DNA from: an uncultured delta proteobacterium
Lineage (GTDB): Bacteria > Myxococcota_A > Polyangia > Polyangiales > Houyiibacteriaceae
Assembly: GCA_963699755.1 (NCBI GenBank)
Contig: CAVOVB010000003.1
Span: 96,001 to 160,000, forward strand
Reading direction: 5' to 3'
Length of the DNA: 64,000 nt
The notes below the pieces were generated by a model, which made no database searches, was not told the origin of the DNA, and saw only the letters and a list, made by a program, of their open reading frames with translations. This document shows, piece after piece, positions 1 to 9,252 of this stretch. The position numbers and the translations under genes are program-made. Each line of letters starts with the position of its first letter. Position 1 is the stretch's first letter.

Positions 1-30
1 AGCTCGCCCTGCGCATCGACGAGTAGGCCA

Positions 31-765
31 ATGAAGAAGCCCTACGAGCTCTACTACTGGCCTATGCTTCCTGGTCGCGGGGAGTTCGTACGACTCGTGC
101 TCGAAGAAGCGGGAGCGCCCTATGTGGACGTGGCCCGCCTGCCAGAAGAAGAGGGCGGTGGGCTCGAGCCTCTCTTGCAGCTCGTGCGAGGCGAGCGGCC
201 CGGTCAGCCTGCCTATGCGCCACCGATTTTGCTGCATGGGGACTTCGTCCTCGCGCAGTCCGCAGCGATCTGCGCGTATCTCGGCGAACGGCACGGCCTG
301 GCGCCCGACGAGCCCGGCAAGCGGATGCAGGCCCTTCAGCTCCAGCTGACCATCGCCGACGTCAGCGACGAAGCCCACAACACACACCACCCAATCAGCG
401 CGGCCCTCTACTACGAAGATCAGAAGGACGCGGCACGCGAAGCGTCAAAGAGCTTTGTGGATCAGCGCCTACCGCGCTTTCTTCCCTACTTCGAGCGTGT
501 GCTCGAACGAAGCGCTGGGGAGTGGCTCATGGGCACTTCGCTCACCTATCCGGACCTGTCCCTCTTTCAACTCGCAGAGGGGCTCGCCTACGCCTTCCCG
601 AAGGGGTTTGCTCGAGTCGCGGAGTCGACCCCTTTGATCCTCGGCCTTCGAGACCGGGTTGCAACACGCCCTCGAATCGCTGCGTACCTCGCATCCGATC
701 GCCGCCTCCCTTTCAACGAGCACGGCGTATTCCGGCACTATCCAGAGCTCGACCTCCGCGACTGA
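31..765 (+). CDS. Glutathione S-transferase family protein
   Basis: N-terminal YELYYWPMLPGRGEFVRLVLEEAG, LAQSAAICAYL and C-terminal LTYPDLSLFQ are typical GST motifs. Confidence 0.9.
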   Translation: MKKPYELYYWPMLPGRGEFVRLVLEEAGAPYVDVARLPEEEGGGLEPLLQLVRGERPGQPAYAPPILLHGDFVLAQSAAICAYLGERHGLAPDEPGKRMQALQLQLTIADVSDEAHNTHHPISAALYYEDQKDAAREASKSFVDQRLPRFLPYFERVLERSAGEWLMGTSLTYPDLSLFQLAEGLAYAFPKGFARVAESTPLILGLRDRVATRPRIAAYLASDRRLPFNEHGVFRHYPELDLRD

Positions 766-808
766 TGGGACCCGCCATGGAACGACTACGACGGTGGCGA
801 CGCTGGCT

Positions 809-2944
809 CTACGCTTCCTGCATGGCGGCCTTGACCCGATTGGGGGTCATGGGCATGCGCTTGAGTCGGGCGCCGGTCGCGTCGTGGATTGCGTTGGCGA
901 CGACGGCGCCCATGACCACGATTGCCGGTTCTCCGCCGCCCTGCGGCGCAATGTCGTTGGCCTCGACGAGGAGGGTCTCGATTTTCGGTAGCCCGGAGAA
1001 ACGCGGAATCTCGTAGCGGTGAAAGTTCGTGTCGAGGATCTGCCCTCCGCGGAAATGAACCTCCTCGGAGAGCGCATAACCAAGTCCCATCGTGACGCAG
1101 CCTTCCATTTGGATGGTGGCGCCTTGAGGGTTGACCACGATGCCCATCTCCTGCGCGCTCAGCACACGCTTGACTTCGACTTCTCCGCTGCGCGCGTCGA
1201 CGAGGACCTCGGCGATGGCGGCCACGTAGGTTCCGGCGTCGATCCCGCAGGCCACGCCCAGACCACGCTTGCTCGGCGTCGCGGTGGGCTTCCAAGCGAA
1301 GCGTTTGGCGGCAGCCTTCAATACGCGGATCATTCGCGGATCTTTGAGGTGCTTGAGGCGGAACTCGATCGGGTCTGCGTTGGCCGCCGCGGCCATGGCG
1401 TCGATCTGTGATTCGCGCGCGAAGGTGTTGCTGTTGTTGCCGGGTGCGCGCCAGGCGCCCGTGGCAAAGGGATGCATTCCCGGACCGCCTCTCCAGCCCC
1501 GCGGTCGGACGGTCGTCCGATGATTCGGGATTTCGTAGAATTGCTCCGCGCCTCGTTCTCCGGCGAAGAGCACTTCGTAGTCCCAGAACGTCATCCGGCC
1601 CGACTTGTCGATGCCCGAGCGGACGTCGATGACCGCGGCGGGTCGGAAGGTGTCGTAGAAGAATTCTTCCTCGCGGCTGCGCATCACCTGCACCGGCCGG
1701 CCGACAGCCTGGGCAAGGCGCGCGGCCTCGACCGCCTGCGTGTTGCTCGTCTTGCCACCAAAACCACCACCGACGAACGGTGTGATGACGCGCACTTGTT
1801 CGGGCGATAGATCGATCGCCTGCGCGATCTTGTCACGCGCCCCGAACGGATTCTGCGTGGACGCCCACACCGTGCACTTGCCCCGTTCGATGTGCGCGAG
1901 GGCCGCGTGCGTCTCCATCGGTGCGTGCGCGACGTAGCCATCGAAGAATCTGGTTTCGATCGTGCGCGTCGCAAGCTTGCGTCCTCGTTCGAGATTGCCC
2001 GTTTTGGCTACGACATCTCCTCTGGGAGCGACGCGTATGAGATGCTCGTGGATGGTTTCATCGGTCACGGTCACCGAGGGCAGGTCGAACTTCGCGTTGA
2101 TCCGCCCGAGCGCCTCTTCGGCCAGGTCCGGCAGCTCGTGGAGCACCGCGATGAAGTCGCCGTTCTCGACCAGGTGCACACCATCCATCTTGCGGGCGCC
2201 CGAAGTGTCGACCTTCTTCAACCTGGCTCCGTGTGCGGGCGGTCGAAGAATCTTCGCGTAGAGCATGCTTGGTAAGCGGATGTCAGCAGCGTACTTGGCC
2301 TTGCCGGTTACCTTCTCGAGCGAGTCGCGGCGCAGCTTTGGCTGCCCCATGACGCGAAACTGGGAAACGTCCTTGAGCTCAGGCTTCACGGTCAGGTGTC
2401 GCGCGATCGGTTTACCCTTGGCGAGCTCGCCGTATGTGATGCGCTTTCTCTCGTTTTGTCGGTCGAAGATCACGCCATCTTTGGCTTCCAGTCGCGGGAC
2501 CGGAACGCTGAGCGCTGCAGATGCGAGCTCCAGGAGCACGCCGCGCGCCTCGGCAGCCGCCGCCCGCAGCACCGGGCCAAACGCCCGCGTGGTCAACGAA
2601 CCCCACGTCCCCATGTCCCAGGGGCAAAGATCCGTGTCGCCCATGAGCATGTCCACCATCTCATACGGTACATCGATCTCGTCGGCCATCATCTGGGCGA
2701 GCGAGGTGATCGGCCCCTGTCCCATCTCGATCTTGCCCGTCAAACACTGGACGCGCCCATCTTCTGAGATCTTCACGAACGCGTTGAAGTCGTTTGGCAC
2801 AGCGCTCGATTGCGCCTGGGCTCGATCGAGCAACTCGAGCGATCCACCAAACGTGACGAAGATCGTGATGCCGCCGCCGAAGCGCTTCAGAAACTCGCGT
2901 CGCGACTGCTGGAAGTCCGAGGTTTGCGCGTCGTTCGAGCTCAT
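809..2944 (-). CDS. Xanthine dehydrogenase family molybdopterin-binding subunit (isoquinoline 1-oxidoreductase beta-like), Tat-exported
   Basis: Motifs GKIEMGQG, GGGFGGK, AWRAPG, QMEG and GGGEP; twin-arginine SRREFLK. Start placed at ATG 2944, which overlaps the upstream stop (ATGA). Confidence 0.92.
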   Translation of the reverse strand: MSSNDAQTSDFQQSRREFLKRFGGGITIFVTFGGSLELLDRAQAQSSAVPNDFNAFVKISEDGRVQCLTGKIEMGQGPITSLAQMMADEIDVPYEMVDMLMGDTDLCPWDMGTWGSLTTRAFGPVLRAAAAEARGVLLELASAALSVPVPRLEAKDGVIFDRQNERKRITYGELAKGKPIARHLTVKPELKDVSQFRVMGQPKLRRDSLEKVTGKAKYAADIRLPSMLYAKILRPPAHGARLKKVDTSGARKMDGVHLVENGDFIAVLHELPDLAEEALGRINAKFDLPSVTVTDETIHEHLIRVAPRGDVVAKTGNLERGRKLATRTIETRFFDGYVAHAPMETHAALAHIERGKCTVWASTQNPFGARDKIAQAIDLSPEQVRVITPFVGGGFGGKTSNTQAVEAARLAQAVGRPVQVMRSREEEFFYDTFRPAAVIDVRSGIDKSGRMTFWDYEVLFAGERGAEQFYEIPNHRTTVRPRGWRGGPGMHPFATGAWRAPGNNSNTFARESQIDAMAAAANADPIEFRLKHLKDPRMIRVLKAAAKRFAWKPTATPSKRGLGVACGIDAGTYVAAIAEVLVDARSGEVEVKRVLSAQEMGIVVNPQGATIQMEGCVTMGLGYALSEEVHFRGGQILDTNFHRYEIPRFSGLPKIETLLVEANDIAPQGGGEPAIVVMGAVVANAIHDATGARLKRMPMTPNRVKAAMQEA

Positions 2945-3426
2945 GTCGTGGATTTCCCGTTCCGCAGCTCGGCTGCGGCAGACTCGATCGCGTCGATGAT
3001 GCGCGTCTGCGCCCCACAGCGACAGAGGTTCCGGTCCATGTCTTTGACGATGTCCGCGCGCGAGGGCTCGCGGTTCGACCGCAGCAAGCCATAAGCTGTT
3101 AGAATCATGCCCGGCGTGCAGAACCCGCACTGAAGCGCGTCGTGTTCGATGAACGCCTTCTGAAGCGGGTGAAGCTCACCGCCTTTGGCCAAGCCCTCGA
3201 TCGTGACGACCTTCTTGCCTCGAACACTGCGAACCTGCGCCATGCACGAGCGAACCGGGCTGTCGTCGACGAGGACCACACAGGCCCCACAGGAGCCGCG
3301 TCCGCAACCGTACTTCGGCCCGGTCTGCCCGAGCTCGGTCCGAAGCACCCACAGGAGCCTACGGGTCTCGTCTGCCTCGAGGCGGACGCGCTCGCCGTTG
3401 AGCTCAAAGGAAATCGTGGCGGCCAT
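2941..3426 (-). CDS. (2Fe-2S)-binding small subunit (IorA/CoxS-like)
   Basis: GCGRGSCGAC, QCGFCTPG and NLCRCG iron-sulfur motifs; coupled to the molybdenum subunit. Confidence 0.95.
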   Translation of the reverse strand: MAATISFELNGERVRLEADETRRLLWVLRTELGQTGPKYGCGRGSCGACVVLVDDSPVRSCMAQVRSVRGKKVVTIEGLAKGGELHPLQKAFIEHDALQCGFCTPGMILTAYGLLRSNREPSRADIVKDMDRNLCRCGAQTRIIDAIESAAAELRNGKSTT

Positions 3427-3494
3427 GGTATCCTCCCGCTTTGTTGGCTTGGCCGAGGAACTCAGCGAGTGTAGCGCAGGCAGGGGAGGGAGCG

Positions 3495-3920
3495 ATGCGA
3501 ATCATCGTCATCACGATTGGGGTGCTTGGGCTCATCGCTGTGGGCTGCACCAAGAAAGAACAGCCGAGTGCCGGAGGCACCGATGAGGGGATCGCTGCGA
3601 GCAAGGCCTGGCTCGCGCTCGTCGACGCCGAGCAGTACGAAGACAGTTGGGAGCAGGCCTGCGCCTTCTTTCGGGGCGTGGTGCCCAAAGACCAGTGGGT
3701 GACACAGGTCGCCGGTGTTCGTGCTCCGCTGGGCGCAGTCTCGAGTCGTGAGGTCGCCTCGGCCGAGTACACCACGAAGCTTCCCGGTGCACCGGACGGC
3801 GAGTATGTCGTCATTCAGTACCGGACGAAGTTCCAAAACAAGGCCGATGCCGTCGAAACCGTCACGCCCATGCGGGACAAGGATGGCGTCTATCGCGTGT
3901 CGGGGTACTACATTCGCTGA
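3495..3920 (+). CDS. DUF4019-like lipoprotein
   Basis: Lipobox IAVG-C; AWLALVDAEQYEDSW, LPGAPDGEYVVIQYRTKF, ETVTPM and C-terminal VSGYYIR; GGAGG RBS before ATG 3495. Confidence 0.8.
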   Translation: MRIIVITIGVLGLIAVGCTKKEQPSAGGTDEGIAASKAWLALVDAEQYEDSWEQACAFFRGVVPKDQWVTQVAGVRAPLGAVSSREVASAEYTTKLPGAPDGEYVVIQYRTKFQNKADAVETVTPMRDKDGVYRVSGYYIR

Positions 3921-4021
3921 GGCCTCGGCCAGCGTTTTCAGAGACGAAGGCAGCAGCCGACTCCAGCGCCCGCGTCGAACATGACTCATACATTCGCAGG
4001 CGATCAGGTATTGTACAGGTC

Positions 4022-5098
4022 ATGGCCCACAGCCCAAGCGACGAAGGCGCCCCAACCGACCTTCTCCAGCAGATGTTGGAGGACGCAAGGCGGGAGCATG
4101 CAAAGGAGATTCATGGGGAGCCGGTGGGGCCAGCGCCTGCGCTCCTCGATCTTCGCGTCGCAGCGGCAGAGCGACCGAGCCAGAGAGAAGTTCTGCTCGC
4201 AGAAATAGACCAGAAGATTTCTATGCTGGTCGACGAAGTCCTCCAAGATCCAACGGTTCAAAGGCTCGCGGAAGTCTGGACGGCGCTTTGGTACTTGGTG
4301 GAGCATGTCGACCTCGAAGAGAACCTGCGCGTCGCGTTCATCAACTGCTCGAAGGACGATCTCGCTAGCGACTTCGAAGACGCGATCGACGTGACCGTCT
4401 CGGGGCTCTACCGGCAGCTATGCGACCCCGGGCATCAACCGTCGGATGGTGCGCCGGTGAGCCTGATCGTCGCGGACTACGATTTCGACCACCACCAGCA
4501 GGACGTGGAGCTGCTTCGCCACTGCGCCGCGGTCGCTGCAGACGCGCATGCGCCCTTCCTCGCCAACGCATCGCCAGGGTTCATCGCTACTGAGGGCCCA
4601 CGCTATGCGGCATGGGATTCGTTCTGCGATTCAGAGGACGCCCGCTACGTCGCGTTGTGTTCCCCTGTCAATGAGAGCGCTGGAGTGCGAGCCTCCCATG
4701 ACTTCGCTGTCCAAATTGCAGAAACCTTCGCGAATCACCGTTGGTTCGACGAGTTGAGCGATTCCGTCGGATCGGCGCAACGTCCGAGACGCTTCGCCGA
4801 CACGCCAGAAGGGAATGCGATGGCGCTCGACTCTCTTGCCGGCGCCCGACTTTCGAACGTCTTGAACATTTCGCGCATTGCACATTTCATCGAGGCTCTC
4901 GGTCGAGAGCTTGGCGTGGAGCAGAGCGCAAGCTCGCTCGAGCGCGCCTTGCAGCAGTGGCTTAGGGACCAAGTCCCCGGCGCGCGCGTCAGCGTCTCTC
5001 AGGGCGACTACTATCGCTATGAGCTCGAGCTCCACCCGAGCAGCGCAGAGCCAGGGGTCACCGTTCGCGTCGCGGGCAGCCTCGGCGAGAGCGAGTGA
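4022..5098 (+). CDS. Orphan, internally shortened TssC/VipB-like sheath paralogue (358 aa)
   Basis: Collinear with TssC at 40858 (AEIDQKIS..EVL, SKDDLASDFED..SGLY, AHAPFLANASP, SAQRPRRFADTPEG) but with in-frame deletions. Confidence 0.8.
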   Translation: MAHSPSDEGAPTDLLQQMLEDARREHAKEIHGEPVGPAPALLDLRVAAAERPSQREVLLAEIDQKISMLVDEVLQDPTVQRLAEVWTALWYLVEHVDLEENLRVAFINCSKDDLASDFEDAIDVTVSGLYRQLCDPGHQPSDGAPVSLIVADYDFDHHQQDVELLRHCAAVAADAHAPFLANASPGFIATEGPRYAAWDSFCDSEDARYVALCSPVNESAGVRASHDFAVQIAETFANHRWFDELSDSVGSAQRPRRFADTPEGNAMALDSLAGARLSNVLNISRIAHFIEALGRELGVEQSASSLERALQQWLRDQVPGARVSVSQGDYYRYELELHPSSAEPGVTVRVAGSLGESE

Positions 5099-5132
5099 GG
5101 CGCAGCGCACTCGCCTCTTGGGCGCAGGGGCT

Positions 5133-7088
5133 TCACTCGGAGTCCAGGTCGAACTCGACCGCCTTCCGTTGCCCAGCCTTGAGCCGGACGACTTTGGTCT
5201 CGCTTGGGCCGGCTTGCCCAACGCTGATCTTGTAAGTGCCAGGTGGCATCGGTTCGCCCTTCAAAGGCGCGGGGCCCCATGGTTGCCCATTGATCCAAAT
5301 GTTGCCCCAAGGGAACACCGAGATCGTCAACCGAGCAGGCTTCGTTGCCGCGGGCTCGGGCTTGGGTCGGGCAGATCTTGGTTTCGCGGGCGCAGGGGGT
5401 TCTTTCGCTTCGTCCGCGGGCCGCGTCGTCGTCGTCACAGTCGGCGTCGGTTCCGCCCTCGGTTCCGGCGCCACCGGTTCAGTGCGTGGCTTCTCGGCCA
5501 CGTCCTCGCGCGCAGCCGGCGGATCTGCCTTCGCTTTCGGTTCGGGCGCGACCGCAATCGGTGGGGCCTCTGCCGCGGGCTCCTCACCTCGGGTCTCCGC
5601 TTGGCGAGCGCTGTCGGGTTCAGTTTGGCGCGCCCCTTGTTTAGCAGGATCGGAAGCTTCGCCAGACGGCCAGAACACCACGGCGGCCGATGCGACGAGC
5701 CCAAGGCCCAGGATCGACGCAGCCAGGGCGAGCCAGAGCTTGCGCCGCGGCCGAGTGCGCTCTCTCTTTTCGCCCGTGGGTCGCCTCTCATCGCGCAAGG
5801 TCGTGAGTGAATCGTCGAGCGACCGCGCATCGGCGGCCGCCGCGCCGATTCGTTGGTCGCCCCCTCTCGGCGGCCGTACGAGGTTCAAGGGCTCACTCGT
5901 GGGTTCATGCGAGGGCTCGCGGACGGGCTCACTCATAGGTTCACGGAGTAGTTGTGCAGGCGACTCAGGGGCTGAACGCGGCTCGTCCTTCCCCACCGTG
6001 CTCGACGCCCATGGTTCCACACCGCTCGCCGGCTCCGTTGGAGCAACCGCGACGGCGCCGCCGTCCGTATCGGCGTCGGGCAAGACCTCGGTTTTGGCGC
6101 TGATGCGCCCAGAGCCCTTCTTCGACCTCTTCTGCTTGGCCTCCTCGGCCAGTTGCCGCACCAACTGCCCGAGGTTCTGTCGGACGCGAGGTGATGGGGC
6201 GAACTCATCGAGTGCTTCGATGAGAGCCGCTGCGGTCGCAGGCCGCTTTTCTTTGTCCGGGTTGATCAACTGCTCGATCACGTCGCATAGGCCTGGTGGA
6301 GCGTCTGGCGCCAGCGACCGAAGCGACGGGTGCTCGCCCTTCAAGATCAGCATGATCGTGGCCGGGTCGTGCGGGCCCTCGTACGGGCGCCTTCCAGCAA
6401 GAGCCTCGAAGAGAACGACCCCCAGCGCAAAAAGATCGGCGCGGCCATCCGGGGATTCAGCCCGGAGCTGCTCGGGGGACATGTAGGGGATCTTGCCTTT
6501 GACGGCGCTCTGTTTGCGAGAGGTGTCGGAGATGGCTTTCGCAACACCAAAGTCGGTGAGCAGGATTTCCCCCTGTCGGCTGACCAGTACGTTCGAAGGC
6601 GAGATGTCCCTGTGCACGATGCCCTGCACGTCGTCTCCCGTCGTGTCGATGCCGGCCGTCGACGGCGGGTTGTGTGCGTGCTGGAGCGCTTCTGCGAGCT
6701 CGAGCCCGAACAGCGCGACGTACTCAGCGGGAAGCTTCTGCCCCTCCTGTCCATCGAGGATGCCCCGCAGGTCGAGGCCGTCGACGAGCTCGAGCGCCAT
6801 GTACGGGGTGCCTTCGATCTCTCCGAAGTCCATCACGCCCACGATGTTGCGGTGCCGTAGCTTCGCGGCGAGCGTCGCCTCGCGATAGAACAGACGAATG
6901 AAGTCCTCGTCGTCCCGAAAGAAGGGCAACACCAGCTTGAGGCATACCCGCTGCGAGAATCCTCCCGGCCCACTCTTCACGGCGACAAACGTCTCTGCCA
7001 TGCCGCCCACGCCAAGCCGCCGGACGAGCTTATACGGACCGAACTCCGCGCCCAGGACGTCACTCAGCGATGTTTCAGAGCGTCTCAC
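5133..7088 (-). CDS. Membrane Ser/Thr protein kinase with Pro-rich linker and C-terminal PEGA-like domain
   Basis: LGVGGMAE, VCLK, HRDISPSN, DFG and YMSPEQ; TM helix LWLALAASILGLGLVASAAVVFW; C-terminal LTISVFPWGNIWING. Confidence 0.93.
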   Translation of the reverse strand: MRRSETSLSDVLGAEFGPYKLVRRLGVGGMAETFVAVKSGPGGFSQRVCLKLVLPFFRDDEDFIRLFYREATLAAKLRHRNIVGVMDFGEIEGTPYMALELVDGLDLRGILDGQEGQKLPAEYVALFGLELAEALQHAHNPPSTAGIDTTGDDVQGIVHRDISPSNVLVSRQGEILLTDFGVAKAISDTSRKQSAVKGKIPYMSPEQLRAESPDGRADLFALGVVLFEALAGRRPYEGPHDPATIMLILKGEHPSLRSLAPDAPPGLCDVIEQLINPDKEKRPATAAALIEALDEFAPSPRVRQNLGQLVRQLAEEAKQKRSKKGSGRISAKTEVLPDADTDGGAVAVAPTEPASGVEPWASSTVGKDEPRSAPESPAQLLREPMSEPVREPSHEPTSEPLNLVRPPRGGDQRIGAAAADARSLDDSLTTLRDERRPTGEKRERTRPRRKLWLALAASILGLGLVASAAVVFWPSGEASDPAKQGARQTEPDSARQAETRGEEPAAEAPPIAVAPEPKAKADPPAAREDVAEKPRTEPVAPEPRAEPTPTVTTTTRPADEAKEPPAPAKPRSARPKPEPAATKPARLTISVFPWGNIWINGQPWGPAPLKGEPMPPGTYKISVGQAGPSETKVVRLKAGQRKAVEFDLDSE

Positions 7089-7208
7089 GTAGCTTCATCG
7101 CGCCGCGGCACCGATCAGGCGCAAATCGGACCCTGTCAGGGGCACCGCATTCTACGTTACGGGGGTGATTTTGAACAGTGAAGCCGCGCTGATCGCGCCT
7201 GGGGCACC

Positions 7209-8957
7209 TTAGAATGCGCCTCCCACACTGATATAGCCCCCGTTTCGCCCGGCGACGAGGTTCGGTGTGAGGCCCCTCACATGCTTCTTCTCGTCCTTTC
7301 GGAAGAGGTACACCAAGGGCATGGTCAAGAGGGGCGCGGCAGTCGTCCCCAACATGACGGCCCGGTTGATCGACCGGCCGCGGTCCACGCAGGCTTGGGC
7401 GCTGGCCTGATTGACCAGCAACTCGCATTTGTTGGAACCGCCCGGCACACCTTCCGCCCGCACTCCCGACACGATCGCGCCGACCGCCGCGCCAACACCA
7501 AGCCCTCCGGAAAGCCAGGCCCACCAAGGCGTCTTGCTTCGATAGGGGAGGACGAGGGGCATGGCCGTGACCGTCAGTACGCCGCCCACGGTGCCCATGA
7601 GCGGGATGGCGTTTCCGAGGTTGGTCCACTTGAGCTGGTCCGTCTGATCGTTTGGATTGAAGTCAGCAACCAAGGTGTCCCCCGCACCTCGCCTGGCGAT
7701 CAGCAAGCCGTAGCCCGCCAAGAGGCTAGCGCCACCCGCCGAAACGAGCGTGAGCCCGGAAATCCACTGGCCCCGAGGCGGCCGGTCGGCAGGCCAGCCC
7801 GACGGAGTGTCCTTTTCTTTCGTGACCTTTGGTGCCGCTCGAGCCTCGGCTCGCGCTGTCTCGCAGTCGATGGCAACGGGCTTGGGTCCGGTGAAGTCCG
7901 TGCATTCTCCGTTTGCAAGCGCCACCGCCGCAGCGGATGCGACCGATGACGTCGGACCACTTGGCGTCGTCGGAATCCGAACGCGGCCCCTCCTTCGTTC
8001 GGTTCCGCTGACGACCTGGAGCTCCATCATGTCGGTGCTTGGAACGGTGGCAAGCACGACCGCGCCGGCTCGGAGCACCTTTGCGATTTCTTGTGCATCC
8101 CGGGCCTGGCGCTCGGGCCCGGGCTTGTCGTCGTACTGCAAACGAAGAAGTGGCTCGGTGCGCACGACCCGGTCGAACTGAACGTCGACGAAGACCTCGG
8201 TCTTGCCGGATCGGACGCTCACCGGGTGGACGCGTCCGCGGCGTCCGGGATCACACTCCACCTGGACTTGATATTCGCCCGGGTAGAGGTCGCTCATTTC
8301 AAAGGGCGTCTTACCGAAGCGCAGCCCGTTGATACGCACATCGCAGTCCGTCGGGTCACTGCTGACGACCAGCGCGCCCGTCTGTTCTGGACCAGGCTGA
8401 CTTGCTTCTTTGTAGAGCGAGACAACGTTGGGTGGGTGCATGTGCTGGCTCGGCTCGCCCTGTGGCACGAGCCGGACGCATTCCTCGACCTGTGCCTTCG
8501 CCCGCGCACGATTCCCCGTCTCGAGAAGAGCTCGCACCATGTAGAGGCAGGTGTCGAGCACGTTTTGCGATCGGTTCTGGACGCGATTGAGCTCGTCGGC
8601 GGCCTTGCGAGAGAGCACCTGTGCCTCCTTGAGCTCTTTGAGGGCGGTCGCGTAATCACCCCTCGCAAGATGTCGTATCGCCTCGCGCGAACGGTTCACC
8701 CACTCCTGCACGTCCGAGTCGGTCACCCGCGTCGAGGGGGCAGAGCCCCTTTGCTCGAAGGCCGTCGCTGCCTGCTCGGGTGGCAACATTTGGATGCCCC
8801 GTCGCGACAAGGCATCCCCCAGGATGCCTACCGTCGGCTCCATCCACGAAGCATCTTCGGCGGCGGAGGACGGTACGACCACCCAGTCGGCAGACTGGGC
8901 AAGCGCCGTCGGCGTGTAGCCAAGCACGAGGGCAATGAGAGCCGCAATGAATCGCAT
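7209..8957 (-). CDS. Secreted helical-repeat + PEGA-domain protein with hydrophobic C-terminal helices and terminal beta-hairpin ending in Phe
   Basis: Signal peptide MRFIAALIALVLGYTPTALA; PEGA-like GALVVSSDPTDCDVRINGLRFGKTP; ends LTPNLVAGRNGGYISVGGAF. Confidence 0.75.
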   Translation of the reverse strand: MRFIAALIALVLGYTPTALAQSADWVVVPSSAAEDASWMEPTVGILGDALSRRGIQMLPPEQAATAFEQRGSAPSTRVTDSDVQEWVNRSREAIRHLARGDYATALKELKEAQVLSRKAADELNRVQNRSQNVLDTCLYMVRALLETGNRARAKAQVEECVRLVPQGEPSQHMHPPNVVSLYKEASQPGPEQTGALVVSSDPTDCDVRINGLRFGKTPFEMSDLYPGEYQVQVECDPGRRGRVHPVSVRSGKTEVFVDVQFDRVVRTEPLLRLQYDDKPGPERQARDAQEIAKVLRAGAVVLATVPSTDMMELQVVSGTERRRGRVRIPTTPSGPTSSVASAAAVALANGECTDFTGPKPVAIDCETARAEARAAPKVTKEKDTPSGWPADRPPRGQWISGLTLVSAGGASLLAGYGLLIARRGAGDTLVADFNPNDQTDQLKWTNLGNAIPLMGTVGGVLTVTAMPLVLPYRSKTPWWAWLSGGLGVGAAVGAIVSGVRAEGVPGGSNKCELLVNQASAQACVDRGRSINRAVMLGTTAAPLLTMPLVYLFRKDEKKHVRGLTPNLVAGRNGGYISVGGAF

Positions 8958-9023
8958 GGGGCGTACTATCTTTGTTTTGGGAGTCTGTTGCAACACCGTA
9001 TGAGGCATAGTCTCGTCTGTGAA

Positions 9024-9039
9024 AGCACGAGCTGTGCCA
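9024..9039 (-). promoter_or_regulatory. sigma-54 -24/-12 promoter for the PEGA protein/kinase operon
   Basis: Minus strand TGGCACAGCTCGTGCT keeps GG-N10-GC, 67 bp upstream of start 8957. Confidence 0.7.
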
Positions 9040-9089
9040 AGCGAAAACCTCCGGTATTTCGGCAAAGGCCAGCACCGACAGCCTGTCGA

Positions 9090-9107
9090 TGACGACCTTC
9101 GTCGTCA
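9090..9107. promoter_or_regulatory. Candidate enhancer (bEBP binding site), perfect palindrome
   Basis: TGACGAC-CTTC-GTCGTCA, 51 bp upstream of the promoter at 9039. Confidence 0.65.
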
Positions 9108-9252
9108 TGCATTTCAGCTGCGAGGGCGGTCGGTGCAGCTGTCTTTGTTCCAAAGGTTCGTGCCCGCACCAAGCGCATCTTCCCCCACTCTTGACTTGCA
9201 TCGGATCTTGTGGGCGAAATCCACAGATACCTGCGCCCGGGAGTAGCGCCGC

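Noticed and set aside
2945..3130. N-terminal extension of the molybdoenzyme shown in the ORF track
   Set aside because: It overlaps the 2Fe-2S gene; the ATGA coupling and Tat motif place the start at 2944
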